IMG/VR virus record: IMGVR_UViG_3300028591_000121
Span: 55,417-119,416 of that record
Length of the DNA stretch: 64,000 nt
DNA from: a virus
Lineage: Duplodnaviria > Caudoviricetes
Strand: one strand, 5' to 3'
Both the position numbers and the translations under genes were made by a program. This document shows positions 42,042 to 52,350 of this stretch, one piece after another; position 1 is the first letter of the stretch, and every line of letters begins with the position of its first letter. The notes under the pieces were generated by a model, which ran no database searches, had not been told where the DNA came from, and saw only the letters and a program-made list of their open reading frames with translations.

Positions 42042-42704
42042 TTACCAGTTCATAAGATCTTCGATTTCTTCTGGAGAAATAGCCCCGCCAATAATAATAC
42101 TCTCATCTTCTGCGGGTACTATTTTGTCAAGCTAGCTGTCGATCTCTTCGTCGGTCATAGGAATCCAGGTTGGGAATACAAAATCAAAAGACGTAGTATC
42201 CTCTGTCGAAGAAAGCGTTACATCCGGCTCTTCGAGTTCATCAATGGTTTCCAGTGTTGCATCTAAATGTGTGAACTTGTTAATCGAAGACATCGCTTCA
42301 TTAACGGCGGAGATCAACCCATCGACTGCTTCTTTTTGGCTATCACTCATTTCATAATCATGAGGTTTAGCTCTGCGGATGAGAGGAAGTCTTGCTTCAT
42401 ATATAGTAATTGTGGAATCGTCTTTTGTAATTTGTACTGTAGCAAAGACTTGCACTCCTTTTGTCATTACAATATCAGGAACAGATACTTGAATCTGATT
42501 ATCCTGTGCACTAACAGCAGATGTAACGGAATTCTCTTGAGAATCATAATAACAGTTTGCTTCAAGGATAGAACCGTTAGGAATTTCTATTCCGCTCAAT
42601 ACAAGTACAATGCCTTTATCCCATTGATAAGCAGGAGTTTCAGAACTCGCCACTGTTTCGCCATTCTCAAACACAACGGGGAAATATTTATTTCTTGCGC
42701 TCAT
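42042..42704 (-). CDS. BppU-like baseplate/structural protein; TAG at 42132
   Basis: AYQWDKG, VSVPD, RAKPHDY pattern; MTDEEIDS*LDKI continues to TAA 42042. Confidence 0.6.
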
Positions 42705-42880
42705 TTTATATCACCCCTTTTAGTTTTCTTTTCCCACTAAGGGTTATTAGCAGGATCATTGGAATAGCAAGGTATCTGAGACAAAGCCTTGTAATATTCG
42801 TTCTCATAGCGGACTGTATCTCCTTCAGAATATGAATAACCTAAATGCCATGTACCACAAAATCTTCCAATCGTCTTCAT
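42701..42880 (-). CDS. Small CBM5/12-like carbohydrate-binding protein; TAG at 42737
   Basis: W...YSEGDTVRYENEYYKA...P*W; read-through gives an ATGA overlap with the next gene. Confidence 0.65.
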
Positions 42881-42904
42881 CTCAGACACCTCGCTTATTA
42901 ATCA

Positions 42905-43177
42905 TTACGAATAAACTGCTGTGCCATATACGGCAGCACCGTAACTAGTAGAAGATCCGCCACCGCCACCACTACCGCCAGTGTTAACGACACGAACCCA
43001 GCGCAAGTTCTCGCCGAGCCGCCACATCTTGTCACCGCAAGTTGTGTAGGCAATCGATCCAGGGCTGACGAAGCGGTAATCGATCTTGGCGTTGTTGATG
43101 CTCGTACCGTCAGGCACCATGATTTCGCACAGATTGCTGATAGCTGGCTTACCGCCAACTTTAATTACAAGAGCCAT
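42905..43177 (-). CDS. Small structural/hypothetical protein
   Basis: RBS GAGGTG; PGSIAYT motif and Gly-rich tail. Confidence 0.7.
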   Translation of the reverse strand: MALVIKVGGKPAISNLCEIMVPDGTSINNAKIDYRFVSPGSIAYTTCGDKMWRLGENLRWVRVVNTGGSGGGGGSSTSYGAAVYGTAVYS

Positions 43178-43231
43178 ATCATCACCTCAATTCAAAGACG
43201 GACTGCCACATGAGTGACAGCCCTATAGACA

Positions 43232-45853
43232 TTAGATCTGAGTAGACATAGAGTTGATCAGAGAATTAGAGAAGGTCTGATAGTTGCTTGCACCGTGTTG
43301 CATGTTCCGCATAAAGATCGGTTGAATGCCGTTGCTGATGGCAAGTTGGGCAAGGAGCTTCATGTTCTCACAATACTGGGCACTTGTCAGCTTGTTGTTA
43401 TAGGCATTGCCGTCAGGGCCAGCAACAGTATCAGGGACAAGGCTGGAATTTTTTGAGTTCGTGTCATTGATGACAAAGTCGTGGATGCTGACCGCAGGAT
43501 GGTACTTGATAACGTTCTCATAGAACCAAGCCAAAGCCCACGCACTGGTCTGACTTCCCTTGGAGTAGTTCGTGTAATCAACCGTTACAACACTGTTTTC
43601 ACACTGCAACCGTTTGAACTCTGTGGCACTCGCCGCATGTCGCACAGTTCCCCAAGAGTCAAATTCCTGTGCAATAACCGCTCCCTTGGGGAACAGTTGA
43701 GTGTCAGGATATTCAAGTTCGTTTACCCACCAAGTGACCCGACCTATACCAAAGCCATACTTGCCACCATTGACAGGCCCCCAGCTATTGCTGTAGATCT
43801 CAAGCTTGGCAGTCCCAGCTCCCTCGTAGTCACAGATGATCCTGCGGCAGATGGAGGTTGTCAGGATTTCATGGAGCTTCTCAACTCCGTCAATCGTAAC
43901 AACAACATGCACTTCCATACCTTCGGGAAGTTCAATCTGGTTGCACACAGGGAAGATGAACGCTTCAAGATAACCGCTGTTGCCCTGAAGGTTCTGCTCC
44001 CAGAAAACGCCAGTCTTCCCAGTCCAAGGAGAATAACTTGCATATGCGATATACAAGCATGCATTTGCTACGGTTCTCTGAAGCCAGCCCTTATTCAAGT
44101 TCTCGTTAACATAACGATACTGATCAGTCTGATAGCCAGAGCCAATCTTCTGCCAAGGGAATACGGTAGGATCTGTCACATCAACTTCCGTGCCGGAGAA
44201 CCTGGCAACGTATTTGCCAACCTCGCAATGTTTCGGGTTCTGGGCAAAGATATGCTGGGCATATGCTTTGTAACCGTTTGTCGTAAGATGCAGTCCAACG
44301 GAAGTAGAGGTAGAGTCCGTCAGCATCGTGGACAGAACACCGTTCGTGATTTCTTCGGTAAGCTTCGGGAACACGATCAGCTTCGTGGCATCGTTCGGAT
44401 CTGCCTTGAAGTTGACAGTGTGGAAATGAATCCCATCAGCAGACAGAACACCACCGACCCATCCAAAGTCGGAAGTGAGCTGGGCAAGGTTCACAGTAGA
44501 AGAGAGGTCTGCATCTGTGTCGCAATGAACCGCCGCAAACGAGGAAACAGTCAAGCTGTCAGAATCCGCACTACCGCTGACAGACATCGTGATATCTGCT
44601 TTAGTCCATGCATCCGGGATATACATACTACACCAGCCAAAGCTCGCCATAATTTCAGGCATCAGGGGCTTTATCGGATGAGAAAGCATGTACTTCGGTT
44701 TGACGGTCACAGTAGACGAGCGGAGACCAACCTTCCCGGCCCCGTCAACAGCAAGGACTTTGCCAGCGTTCTCAACGCCTTGATCAATGTCAACCTTCTT
44801 CTCAAACTCAATTTCCAGAGTCCCTTTGACTTCAGCAGAGATGACGATCGGGTTCATCTTTGAGATTCTTGAAGTCATTACACAGAACCTGAAATACCCG
44901 GCAGTTGCAGGAATATCTATAGGAGTTGCCTTTGTATCACGGAGAACATTGAAGTGACTTACATAGCTGCCAGACGGCGTATAGAAGAAAGCTTTCGCAG
45001 TGGGATCAATAGTCCCATTGTAGCTGATGTTGAGTGTCTTGGCGTTTGTTAATGTAATCGGGTCGGACACAGAGTAGGAAGAACCGTTTATAATGTTCCC
45101 GATCGTTGCCGCAGTCGTTGAGATGGTCTTGCCCTCTGTGAACGTAATGTCGGCAATGGCGATCGTCTGTTCGGAAGTAGACCCGAATGCTTCTTCGATG
45201 GTAGATGACAGCGGGTCGATCTGGTCGACGATATCACCAAGATCAGTGTCAAGCTTTGCTCTGCTGATAGAACCATCCGCAACCGCAATTACTTCAGGAT
45301 GAGCATTAATATAACTCCCAACAGCACTCTCAACCGCCGTGCCATCCAGAGCATCCTGCCAACTAGCTCCGCCCTGTCCATCCGTCATCAGTACCTGTCC
45401 ATTCGTGCCATCCGTAGCAGGCTTCGTGAGCTTCGTTGCAAGAGCGTCACCTGCTGCCTTGGCATCCGCTGCTTCGCCCTGTTGCGTAAGCGTATCGTCG
45501 ATCTCAACGCTTGATCCACCGCTACCCTGAACTGTCTTCCATGTACGATGTCCGTTGCCATCAGTAGTAAGAACCTGACCGTTCTTTCCTTCCGTGGTCG
45601 GCTCATTTATCTTAGTCCCAAGAGTCGTATTAATCCCGTTAACCGTACTAGAGAGTCCGCTGACAGAAGTCTGGAGCGCACTCACGTCGCTTTCGATCTG
45701 CGTAGTATCAGGCATGTCATGCTGGATCTGCTGCACTGTAGTACGAAGTTGCCCAATGGCTGATTCGTTGGCAGCGATCTGTGTATCTTGTTCAACCGTA
45801 GTTTGAGCCTAAATCACATCGCCATCTATTACGTCATGAATCTGATAAGCCAT
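43232..45853 (-). CDS. Tail fibre / receptor-binding protein 1 (SGNH-like C-terminus); TAG at 45809
   Basis: Starts MAYQIH like the paralog at 49832; GQVLTTDGNG repeats, ADAKA.GD, HPE..VADGSI; C-terminal FDSW...INDT. Confidence 0.78.
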
Positions 45854-46025
45854 ATAATCATCTCCTTAATCTAAATATAAGAATAAAGGCTATCGCTTTA
45901 GATAACCTCTGCATATAATTTGTAGTGTCTCAGCGTCCACTGAGATCTGAATTGAAGCCCAACTACCCAACTGTTTCTGGTTCGCTGATCTTCCTGATCA
46001 GAAAGTTCTTCATTTTATCACTCCC

Positions 46026-47039
46026 TTATACAACAGCTTTTGCATGGCCAGAGCGCACATCGTCCTGAGCCGTTTCCACGTAAATCATAGTCGTTGCTAC
46101 ATTCTCATGACCGAGCAACTTCTGTACCTCTTCGATAGGCATTCCGTGTCTCACAGCCTGAGTGGCAGTAGTATGCCGAAGAATATGCGGTGTCACTGCT
46201 TTTGTGATACCAGCACGCTCCCGAATATCCCGCACAATGGATTCGATACCCGCCTTGCCTAACTGTCCATGAGGTCGACGATCGCTAACGAACAGATATT
46301 CAGAGTTTCCCTTGCGAACTTTCAGATACTCCTGCAACGTTACATGCGCTTTGGCGTTGAGATAGCTAGTCCTATGCTTTCTCCCCTTGCCGAACAGATG
46401 AACCTCATCACTCTGGAAGTTAACATCGGACAGCTTTACAATGCACATTTCACTCACGCGGCATCCAGTACTATACATGAATTCGATCATGGCTTTTTCT
46501 CTGATCGTCTGGCATGCCTTTCGGATATACTCCAGTTCGATCTGCGACAGACTTTGACGCTGTTTCTTTTCGCACTTGATCGGCTTGATTGTGATTGCCG
46601 GATCCCTATCCAGGTATCCCTCAGCTGCACACCAATGAAACAGCGAACAGACTTCGCTTCGGAGCTTATCCAAGGAAGCACTACATATTCCACGATCCTG
46701 CTGATATTGGTACAGGAAAACACGGATATCCTGCGGTTCGATCTTGTCAAGCGGTTTCTTAACGTACCTACAGAAAGCTTTAAGATGGGTCAGCCGATTA
46801 TTCAAACTTTCCCTTGACTGTCCCTCAACCGTCTTAGTTGCGATGTACAATTTGATCAGTTCTGGCACTTCGCCAACAGGCACAGAGAGCGCAAGCTCAG
46901 CCCGATTGATCTCGTATGGAGCTGCACATACGTCCATGCACGAAATAATCTCCTGCATCTGTTCTACTGTGATTCCTGGCATTTTCTCTGTGACCATGGC
47001 CACGAAAGAATTCCTAAACATCTCATATTCGTTCGACAT
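46026..47039 (-). CDS. XerD-like tyrosine recombinase within the fibre locus
   Basis: STGCRVSE, GKGRKHR, TPHILRHTTAT, LLGHENVATTMIY. Confidence 0.92.
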   Translation of the reverse strand: MSNEYEMFRNSFVAMVTEKMPGITVEQMQEIISCMDVCAAPYEINRAELALSVPVGEVPELIKLYIATKTVEGQSRESLNNRLTHLKAFCRYVKKPLDKIEPQDIRVFLYQYQQDRGICSASLDKLRSEVCSLFHWCAAEGYLDRDPAITIKPIKCEKKQRQSLSQIELEYIRKACQTIREKAMIEFMYSTGCRVSEMCIVKLSDVNFQSDEVHLFGKGRKHRTSYLNAKAHVTLQEYLKVRKGNSEYLFVSDRRPHGQLGKAGIESIVRDIRERAGITKAVTPHILRHTTATQAVRHGMPIEEVQKLLGHENVATTMIYVETAQDDVRSGHAKAVV

Positions 47040-47132
47040 ATTCTGTGCTCCTTTCGTTTCGGTATGTTGCGTGATATATTGTATCATAACGTGCAATATG
47101 TTACAATACCGAAACGAAAGGAAGTGATCAAG

Positions 47133-47297
47133 ATGTCAAGACCGGCAAAAGCTGAAGGCGAGAAGAATCTCCGCCTGATCGTGTCACTGCCTCCGGATCT
47201 GGATCAGCAGCTGAGACAGTACGCTAAAAAGAACGAGAGACCGCTTTCCTGGGTTATCCAGAAAGCCCTGGCCGAGTGGCTAGAACGAAATCAATGA
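47133..47297 (+). CDS. Ribbon-helix-helix (CopG-like) regulator
   Basis: RLIVSLPPDLDQQLRQYAKKNERPLSWVIQKALAEWL; divergent from the recombinase. Confidence 0.8.
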   Translation: MSRPAKAEGEKNLRLIVSLPPDLDQQLRQYAKKNERPLSWVIQKALAEWLERNQ

Positions 47298-47301
47298 AGA
47301 G

Positions 47302-47330
47302 AAAAGGGAGGAATGAATCCTCCCTTTTTT
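47302..47330. terminator. Bidirectional terminator
   Basis: AAAAGGGAGGA/TCCTCCCTTTT hairpin. Confidence 0.8.
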
Positions 47331-47407
47331 GTGTGATCTGGTTAAATGGTTACGTTGTCGTAGTGTTTAACAATCTTTTCAGAAAGCGAGTTAAAGTGTT
47401 GTTTAAG

Positions 47408-47533
47408 TTATATGTCTTGCCCACACAAATAACAGTTTTTGTGTGGACGTTTTCTTGGAATATAACCACCGCATATCGGGCATTTCATAAAACGTAAATG
47501 AAACCGAATCTTAGAAATAAATTCGCTTTTCAT
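47408..47533 (-). CDS. 41-aa Zn-ribbon peptide (cassette gene)
   Basis: RBS AGGAGG; CPICGG...CYLCG. Confidence 0.6.
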   Translation of the reverse strand: MKSEFISKIRFHLRFMKCPICGGYIPRKRPHKNCYLCGQDI

Positions 47534-47561
47534 TTTATCCTCCTATTTGCCAGAAAGTGAT

Positions 47562-47747
47562 TTAAATTAGAGCCTCCTTCAGCAAAAAGATACAGAGATT
47601 ATGCGCTTGTTCGATCTCTTCTTTTTCTTGCTCTGTCATCATCGTTTGCCATCTGGCTAACCGTTCACATTTCAATACCTCAAGAGCATCTTCTATCTGT
47701 TTTCTGCTAGGTGTTTCCCCGTATATATACTTCTCTTCAAAACACAT
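47562..47747 (-). CDS. Small protein, paralog of 27121..27318 (cassette gene)
   Basis: Clear identity to the 27121 gene product; RBS AAGGAGG. Confidence 0.75.
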   Translation of the reverse strand: MCFEEKYIYGETPSRKQIEDALEVLKCERLARWQTMMTEQEKEEIEQAHNLCIFLLKEALI

Positions 47748-47849
47748 ATTTTCTAGCCCTCCTTGTGCTTTAAGTATAGCACAAGGAGAACAAGAATCAT
47801 AGTGTTATGACCATGTTACGATGCCGTCTTGCCAGAAATATGCATTCAG

Positions 47850-47924
47850 TCACTTAAAACCTCTGCTAATAAGAATTGCCGCTATTACAAATCCAATCAA
47901 TCCAATCCAGAAATCAATCGGCAT
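47850..47924 (-). CDS. 24-aa hydrophobic peptide (cassette gene)
   Basis: RBS AAGGAG; MPIDFWIGLIGFVIAAILISRGFK. Confidence 0.5.
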   Translation of the reverse strand: MPIDFWIGLIGFVIAAILISRGFK

Positions 47925-47948
47925 GTTCAACCACTCCTTGCCAGAAAG

Positions 47949-49832
47949 TCATGTAAGGTGTGCAACATAACTTGAATACATCACATCTGCAATCTGCATA
48001 TATCCTGCATTCTGCGGATGCACAGACTCATTCGGAATATTGATTGTAGCATCTGTCAATCTAGGATTCACAGGAGTTGAAACATTGCCAAAATCATATT
48101 CTCTGTCCATACATACGGAAAGCGGAACCACAAAAACGTTTGTATAGTTTTTCTGGGCAATTGCCGACTCAAGAGCGTTCTGAAGTCCCATGATCTTTAA
48201 ATCAGAATCAAATGCCCACCCGGATGCGGCTATGAATCCTTGCCCACCGCTTGAATAGTATCCGTTCTGGTTGCTTCTGTAGATAGTATTACAAACGAAT
48301 ATCGGCATATTCGGATACTCGGAACGGATAGCATCAATCAAATCAGTGATAAATCCGGCAGACTCTTCGGCAGATGAACCGCCAAAAATATCATTTGTGC
48401 CAAGGAACAATTGCACAGCATCTGGAGTACCGACAGTAGCACCCTGTGTATTGATGTAGTATGCAAGCGAAAACTTGTTGTTCGTTGCATCCCAGAACGG
48501 ATTTACAGTACCTGAAATACCGGACGCACCTTGATAATTATCATCAAACGTATAGTTGAATTGATCAGTGTATCCTAATGCTGACAACCCGCTTCTACCT
48601 TCATGACGGATCGTGCTATCAGACCTGCCTCTTGTGCCTATAAATTTTATTTTTGAATTTGATAGCGTCTGGACTTCCGACAACCACGCTTTCCCATTCG
48701 TCAAACTATCTCCAATAGGGATTACATTTACAGTATTGGCTATCGAGTTGTTGACAACACGAACGGCACTCGTCCCATACCATACCATATTCATATCATC
48801 ATCAAATATCTTCAATACCAATGTTCTCTCTACTGCTGAGGATCCTGTGATAGAGTATTTTCGTTCATATTGTACCCCAAGTTCACACTCATATCGAAGG
48901 TGATATTTTTTCGCTTCAAGGCATACCAAATCATTGTACAATTCTACCGTTCTGCCAACACCAACACAAATCTCATGTGGGAGATAAACATGAAGTGCTT
49001 TTATTGGTAATGCGGATGCTTTTACCTTCTCCACGTTATACGGCTCAAAATATGGTTCATAATCACGCTTCTCAGTCCCATAGACGATGGCAGAATTATT
49101 ATTGACGGGATTCACTGACAAATAAGTAGTTGACGCAGATACAATCAAATACTTAACGCCAGCAGGGATTGTATATTCAGTTTTATTAGTAACACAAGCC
49201 GAAGTAATATAGTTTTTATCGGCATCATACGCCATTATAAAGCGCATTGTGCCAAATGTTCTTGTAGGTGATTGCGCTTCGGGATTCCCATACTGTAATG
49301 TTATTGTTTTCCCCGACTCGACTTCAAAATATCCCGTGTTATTATAAGACGAAGACTCATTATACCCGTTTGTCCAATAATAGCCGGATGTTATTGGGCC
49401 ACTAATTAGATTTGTGGACGCTATCTTTACGCTCTCTGCAATTTCTTCTATATCATCCTGCATGCCGTCAATCTCGTCAGAAAGTTGAGTAACAGCATTC
49501 ACTTTCTGCGCCACGGAAGATGCAAGTTTCTGTTCAGTAATCGACCCATCCGCCACGGTTGTAGTAGCTTCCGGGTGATCGGTAAGCCAGTCCGATACCG
49601 CCTCACCGATAACGGCAGGATCAGCAGCCGCAATCGTTTTCCATGTACGTCCACCGTTGCCGTCCGTAGTAAGTACTTGCCCATTAGTACCATCGCTTTT
49701 AGGCTCTGCTATTTTACCATTCGAGAGAGCCTCAATATTTTCTTCGTTTAATTTAATCTGGGTATCTTGCTCGATTGTAGTTTGAGCTTTAATTGTGTCA
49801 CCCTTTTTAACTTGGTGAATTTGATAAGCCAT
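47949..49832 (-). CDS. Tail fibre / receptor-binding protein 2 with SGNH/GDSL hydrolase domain
   Basis: MAYQIH N-terminus; IGDSLT, HEGRSG, LGTND, SVHPQNAGY. Confidence 0.82.
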   Translation of the reverse strand: MAYQIHQVKKGDTIKAQTTIEQDTQIKLNEENIEALSNGKIAEPKSDGTNGQVLTTDGNGGRTWKTIAAADPAVIGEAVSDWLTDHPEATTTVADGSITEQKLASSVAQKVNAVTQLSDEIDGMQDDIEEIAESVKIASTNLISGPITSGYYWTNGYNESSSYNNTGYFEVESGKTITLQYGNPEAQSPTRTFGTMRFIMAYDADKNYITSACVTNKTEYTIPAGVKYLIVSASTTYLSVNPVNNNSAIVYGTEKRDYEPYFEPYNVEKVKASALPIKALHVYLPHEICVGVGRTVELYNDLVCLEAKKYHLRYECELGVQYERKYSITGSSAVERTLVLKIFDDDMNMVWYGTSAVRVVNNSIANTVNVIPIGDSLTNGKAWLSEVQTLSNSKIKFIGTRGRSDSTIRHEGRSGLSALGYTDQFNYTFDDNYQGASGISGTVNPFWDATNNKFSLAYYINTQGATVGTPDAVQLFLGTNDIFGGSSAEESAGFITDLIDAIRSEYPNMPIFVCNTIYRSNQNGYYSSGGQGFIAASGWAFDSDLKIMGLQNALESAIAQKNYTNVFVVPLSVCMDREYDFGNVSTPVNPRLTDATINIPNESVHPQNAGYMQIADVMYSSYVAHLT

Positions 49833-49852
49833 ATAACCACTTCCTTAACTAT

Positions 49853-50026
49853 TTATTCATAACGGGCAATAAACTCTATTTTAGAAGGAGTTATATCGCC
49901 AGATTCATCAACCGTCATAAAGTCCCCGACATGTTCCGCTCCTTGGTTCTTGTCGAGTTTTCTTGTAAGTTTTTCTTTTATCTTGTCAACCTACAAAGCA
50001 AGTCCATCTATATCCAAAAATTTCAT
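49853..50026 (-). CDS. Small structural protein; TAG at 49991
   Basis: MKFLDIDGLAL*VDKIK...KLDKNQG; paralogous to the N-terminus of 50519..52330. Confidence 0.7.
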
Positions 50027-50049
50027 CAGACCGCCACCTTTCTCTTATA

Positions 50050-50505
50050 TTAGTTGGCGGGAGTAAATTCTCCGTTATAAAAAGTTCCGAGGATTTTCCC
50101 AGTGGTATCTACCACATGCCATCCTTCAATTTTCCCCGGTCGAAGAGATGTCTGCTCACGTCCGCCATCATAACGCAGAAGATCCATAATCTCGTCATTG
50201 TCATAGTCATACTGAACAATCTCACCATTTTTAGTTGTATATCCTTGAGTCCAAACAGGATATTCTATTTCAGGCTCGTCCTTCTGCTCAAGCGCAAAGA
50301 TACGTGCTTCAAGGTCTACAAGCTTTTTATACAGATCGACTTGCTCCTCATTTCTGGCATTGTTATTTGCGGAAGTAATTAACTGACTCCGTTCCTGATC
50401 AGTAATCTTCCCCTCGATCCAGAGCTGATCAATCTTCTCTGTCTATTCGTCTGCTTTATATTTTCCCTAAGCAATAACCGATTCAATAAAATCTTTAACC
50501 GTCAT
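50050..50505 (-). CDS. Conserved phage tail-region protein; two TAGs (50467, 50443)
   Basis: VIA*GKYKADE*TEKIDQLWIEGKITDQERSQLI; missing from the ORF track. Confidence 0.75.
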
Positions 50506-50518
50506 TTATATTCCCCCT

Positions 50519-52330
50519 TCAAGTAAGAACGCTTTGAACTGTATTAATAATAAATGTTTTTAAATCGATTATATATTCCAAGTTAAGAATTCCATTGCCT
50601 GTAATAGTTAAAGCACCAGAATCCCCTGTGGGAAACTTGCCAACAATCTCTATTGTCGATTCGGATTCTTTAGTGAGAGGTATAACGAAATAAACATTCT
50701 TATTCCCTAAAGCAGAAGTCCATGCATTTAATAACTTATCTGATTTAATCCAAATATAACCACTCTCAGGCATAATACTTATATTATCTGGAATAGAAAT
50801 ATTCGAATAAACATTAGAACTAAAGCCACCGCCTTTTAATTCAGTAAGCCGACAGCCAATATATCCGTCATTTCTTAACTCCCACGGCATTTGATTAGCA
50901 GGATAATCAATTCTTAAATTCTTACGCTTAACTTCGCCTGTAGCGAAATCAATTTTATCTCCCTCATAAAGAACAGGGATCTTGGCTTTTGTGCCTACCC
51001 ATCTTGTGTTCCCACTAGAGTCCTCAATTTTTACTGCATAAAATTGTAACGGATCTTCTGGTTTGAACGACGAAGATCTAGAATATGTATATCCTTCTGA
51101 CGTTTCCTGAATTGTATCGTAACCAAGAAGAGAAGTTACAGCTTGCGGATAATATATATTAGGAGAAGTTTCTCCCCCAACGTAACTCTCAATTTCCGTA
51201 AAATCATTTTTGCTTATCATCAACTTCCCATTCCTTTGAACAAAAGCATTTCTGGTATCAGAAGTAATAAAAATTGCGGTTAAATTTTCATTTGCGGTTA
51301 TTATTACTTTACTCTCAGTCACGTAATAACTTGTAATAGCAGTCACAATTTCATCGTGTTCATTCAATCCTCTTATAGAGATGGACGAACCGCCTTTTCT
51401 TCTGACATATAATTTTGTTCCTGCTGCTATGTTCACTTCAGAGCCATAATAAAGTGTGTTATGTATCGTCAGTCGATTATTAATGTCGATAATATTATTC
51501 CCCGGAAATGTTTTTTGAGATGTCTCGCCGGCTTCATATAAAGTGTTAACTGGATTTGTTACAGTTTTATCAAATACAATTCCTGTTAAAACAGTTCCGT
51601 TTTCTTCGTCTGTTACGATTCCTGCCTTAGATTCTTTTATCTCGTTAACAATAGGAATATAGCCTTCAGCGTCTGGGAGATATTTATTAATGTCTTCGAT
51701 AGCCTGGGTGTTCTCTTGAATAGCTTTTGTATTTTCATTTGTCCTGTTCAGAAGTGTATCTGATTTACTGTCTAAACTTTCTAAGCCTTGTGACAAATAA
51801 TCTGTCGCAGTTTCGAGTTCTGAAATCTATGTTGAGTTGTTCCCTATACGAGAATCCAACTGGTCTGCCGTTTCTGCTAACTCTTTTACAGCATCAACAT
51901 TTTCATTAATTGCAGAAACAATATCCGACTTCGTGTCGGTCGTTAATTCAGTAAGATCACCGAACTTTATGTCAGTCGCTCTGGATTCGCTTTCAATAGC
52001 TTCCGCAAGACTTTGTGTAGCTTCCTCACTTGCGGAAACCCGAAGTTCCTATGTTTCAAGCTGCCCATTGGTTTCTTCGATTTCATTTTCGAATTCAGTT
52101 GCCTTTTGAGAAAGTTCTCTTACGCTAATAGGATTCGACCCACCAGAATCAGCTACTAAATCTCCAGAGAAGTTCCCACTTAACTCGCTTGGTTGAACTT
52201 CGCCTTTGCTGTTTATGATCTAAACTTTCCCAACGTTTTCTGTTCCTTGTGCTATATTGAGTTTCCCCGCAAGAAGACTCCCTATCTTCTCGCAGAGTTT
52301 TTCAACGCCTTCTGAATTAAGAAATTTCAT
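50519..52330 (-). CDS. Tail fibre-like structural protein; three TAGs (52220, 52049, 51827)
   Basis: One frame from ATG 52330; GDLTELTTDTKSDIVSAINE coiled-coil motif; YVGG.TSPN..YPQ. Confidence 0.75.
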
Positions 52331-52350
52331 CCAACCACCCTTTCTTTGAA

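Larger units (their letters stand above)
47373..49486. repeat. Directly repeated motif YYTnnYCAGAAA(G) at about 47373, 47544, 47826, 47935 and 49471
   Basis: atcttttcagaaagcg, tatttgccagaaagtg, gtcttgccagaaatat, tccttgccagaaagtc, atctcgtcagaaagtt. Confidence 0.6.

Noticed and set aside
43481-44863. 460-aa + strand ORF and other long antisense ORFs in the track (e.g. 1784..2620, 57581..58345)
   Set aside because: They are shadows of real genes on the opposite strand, with no RBS or recognisable motifs.
45992-46007. Sixth copy of the CAGAAAG cassette motif downstream of the recombinase
   Set aside because: It is a weaker match lying inside a possible short ORF, and a similar CAGAAAG occurs by chance inside the recombinase gene (46771). 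Not counted.
43232-49832. Diversity-generating retroelement acting on the paralogous fibre genes
   Set aside because: There is no reverse transcriptase and no template/variable repeat pair with adenine-specific differences; shared sequence is limited to N-terminal modules.
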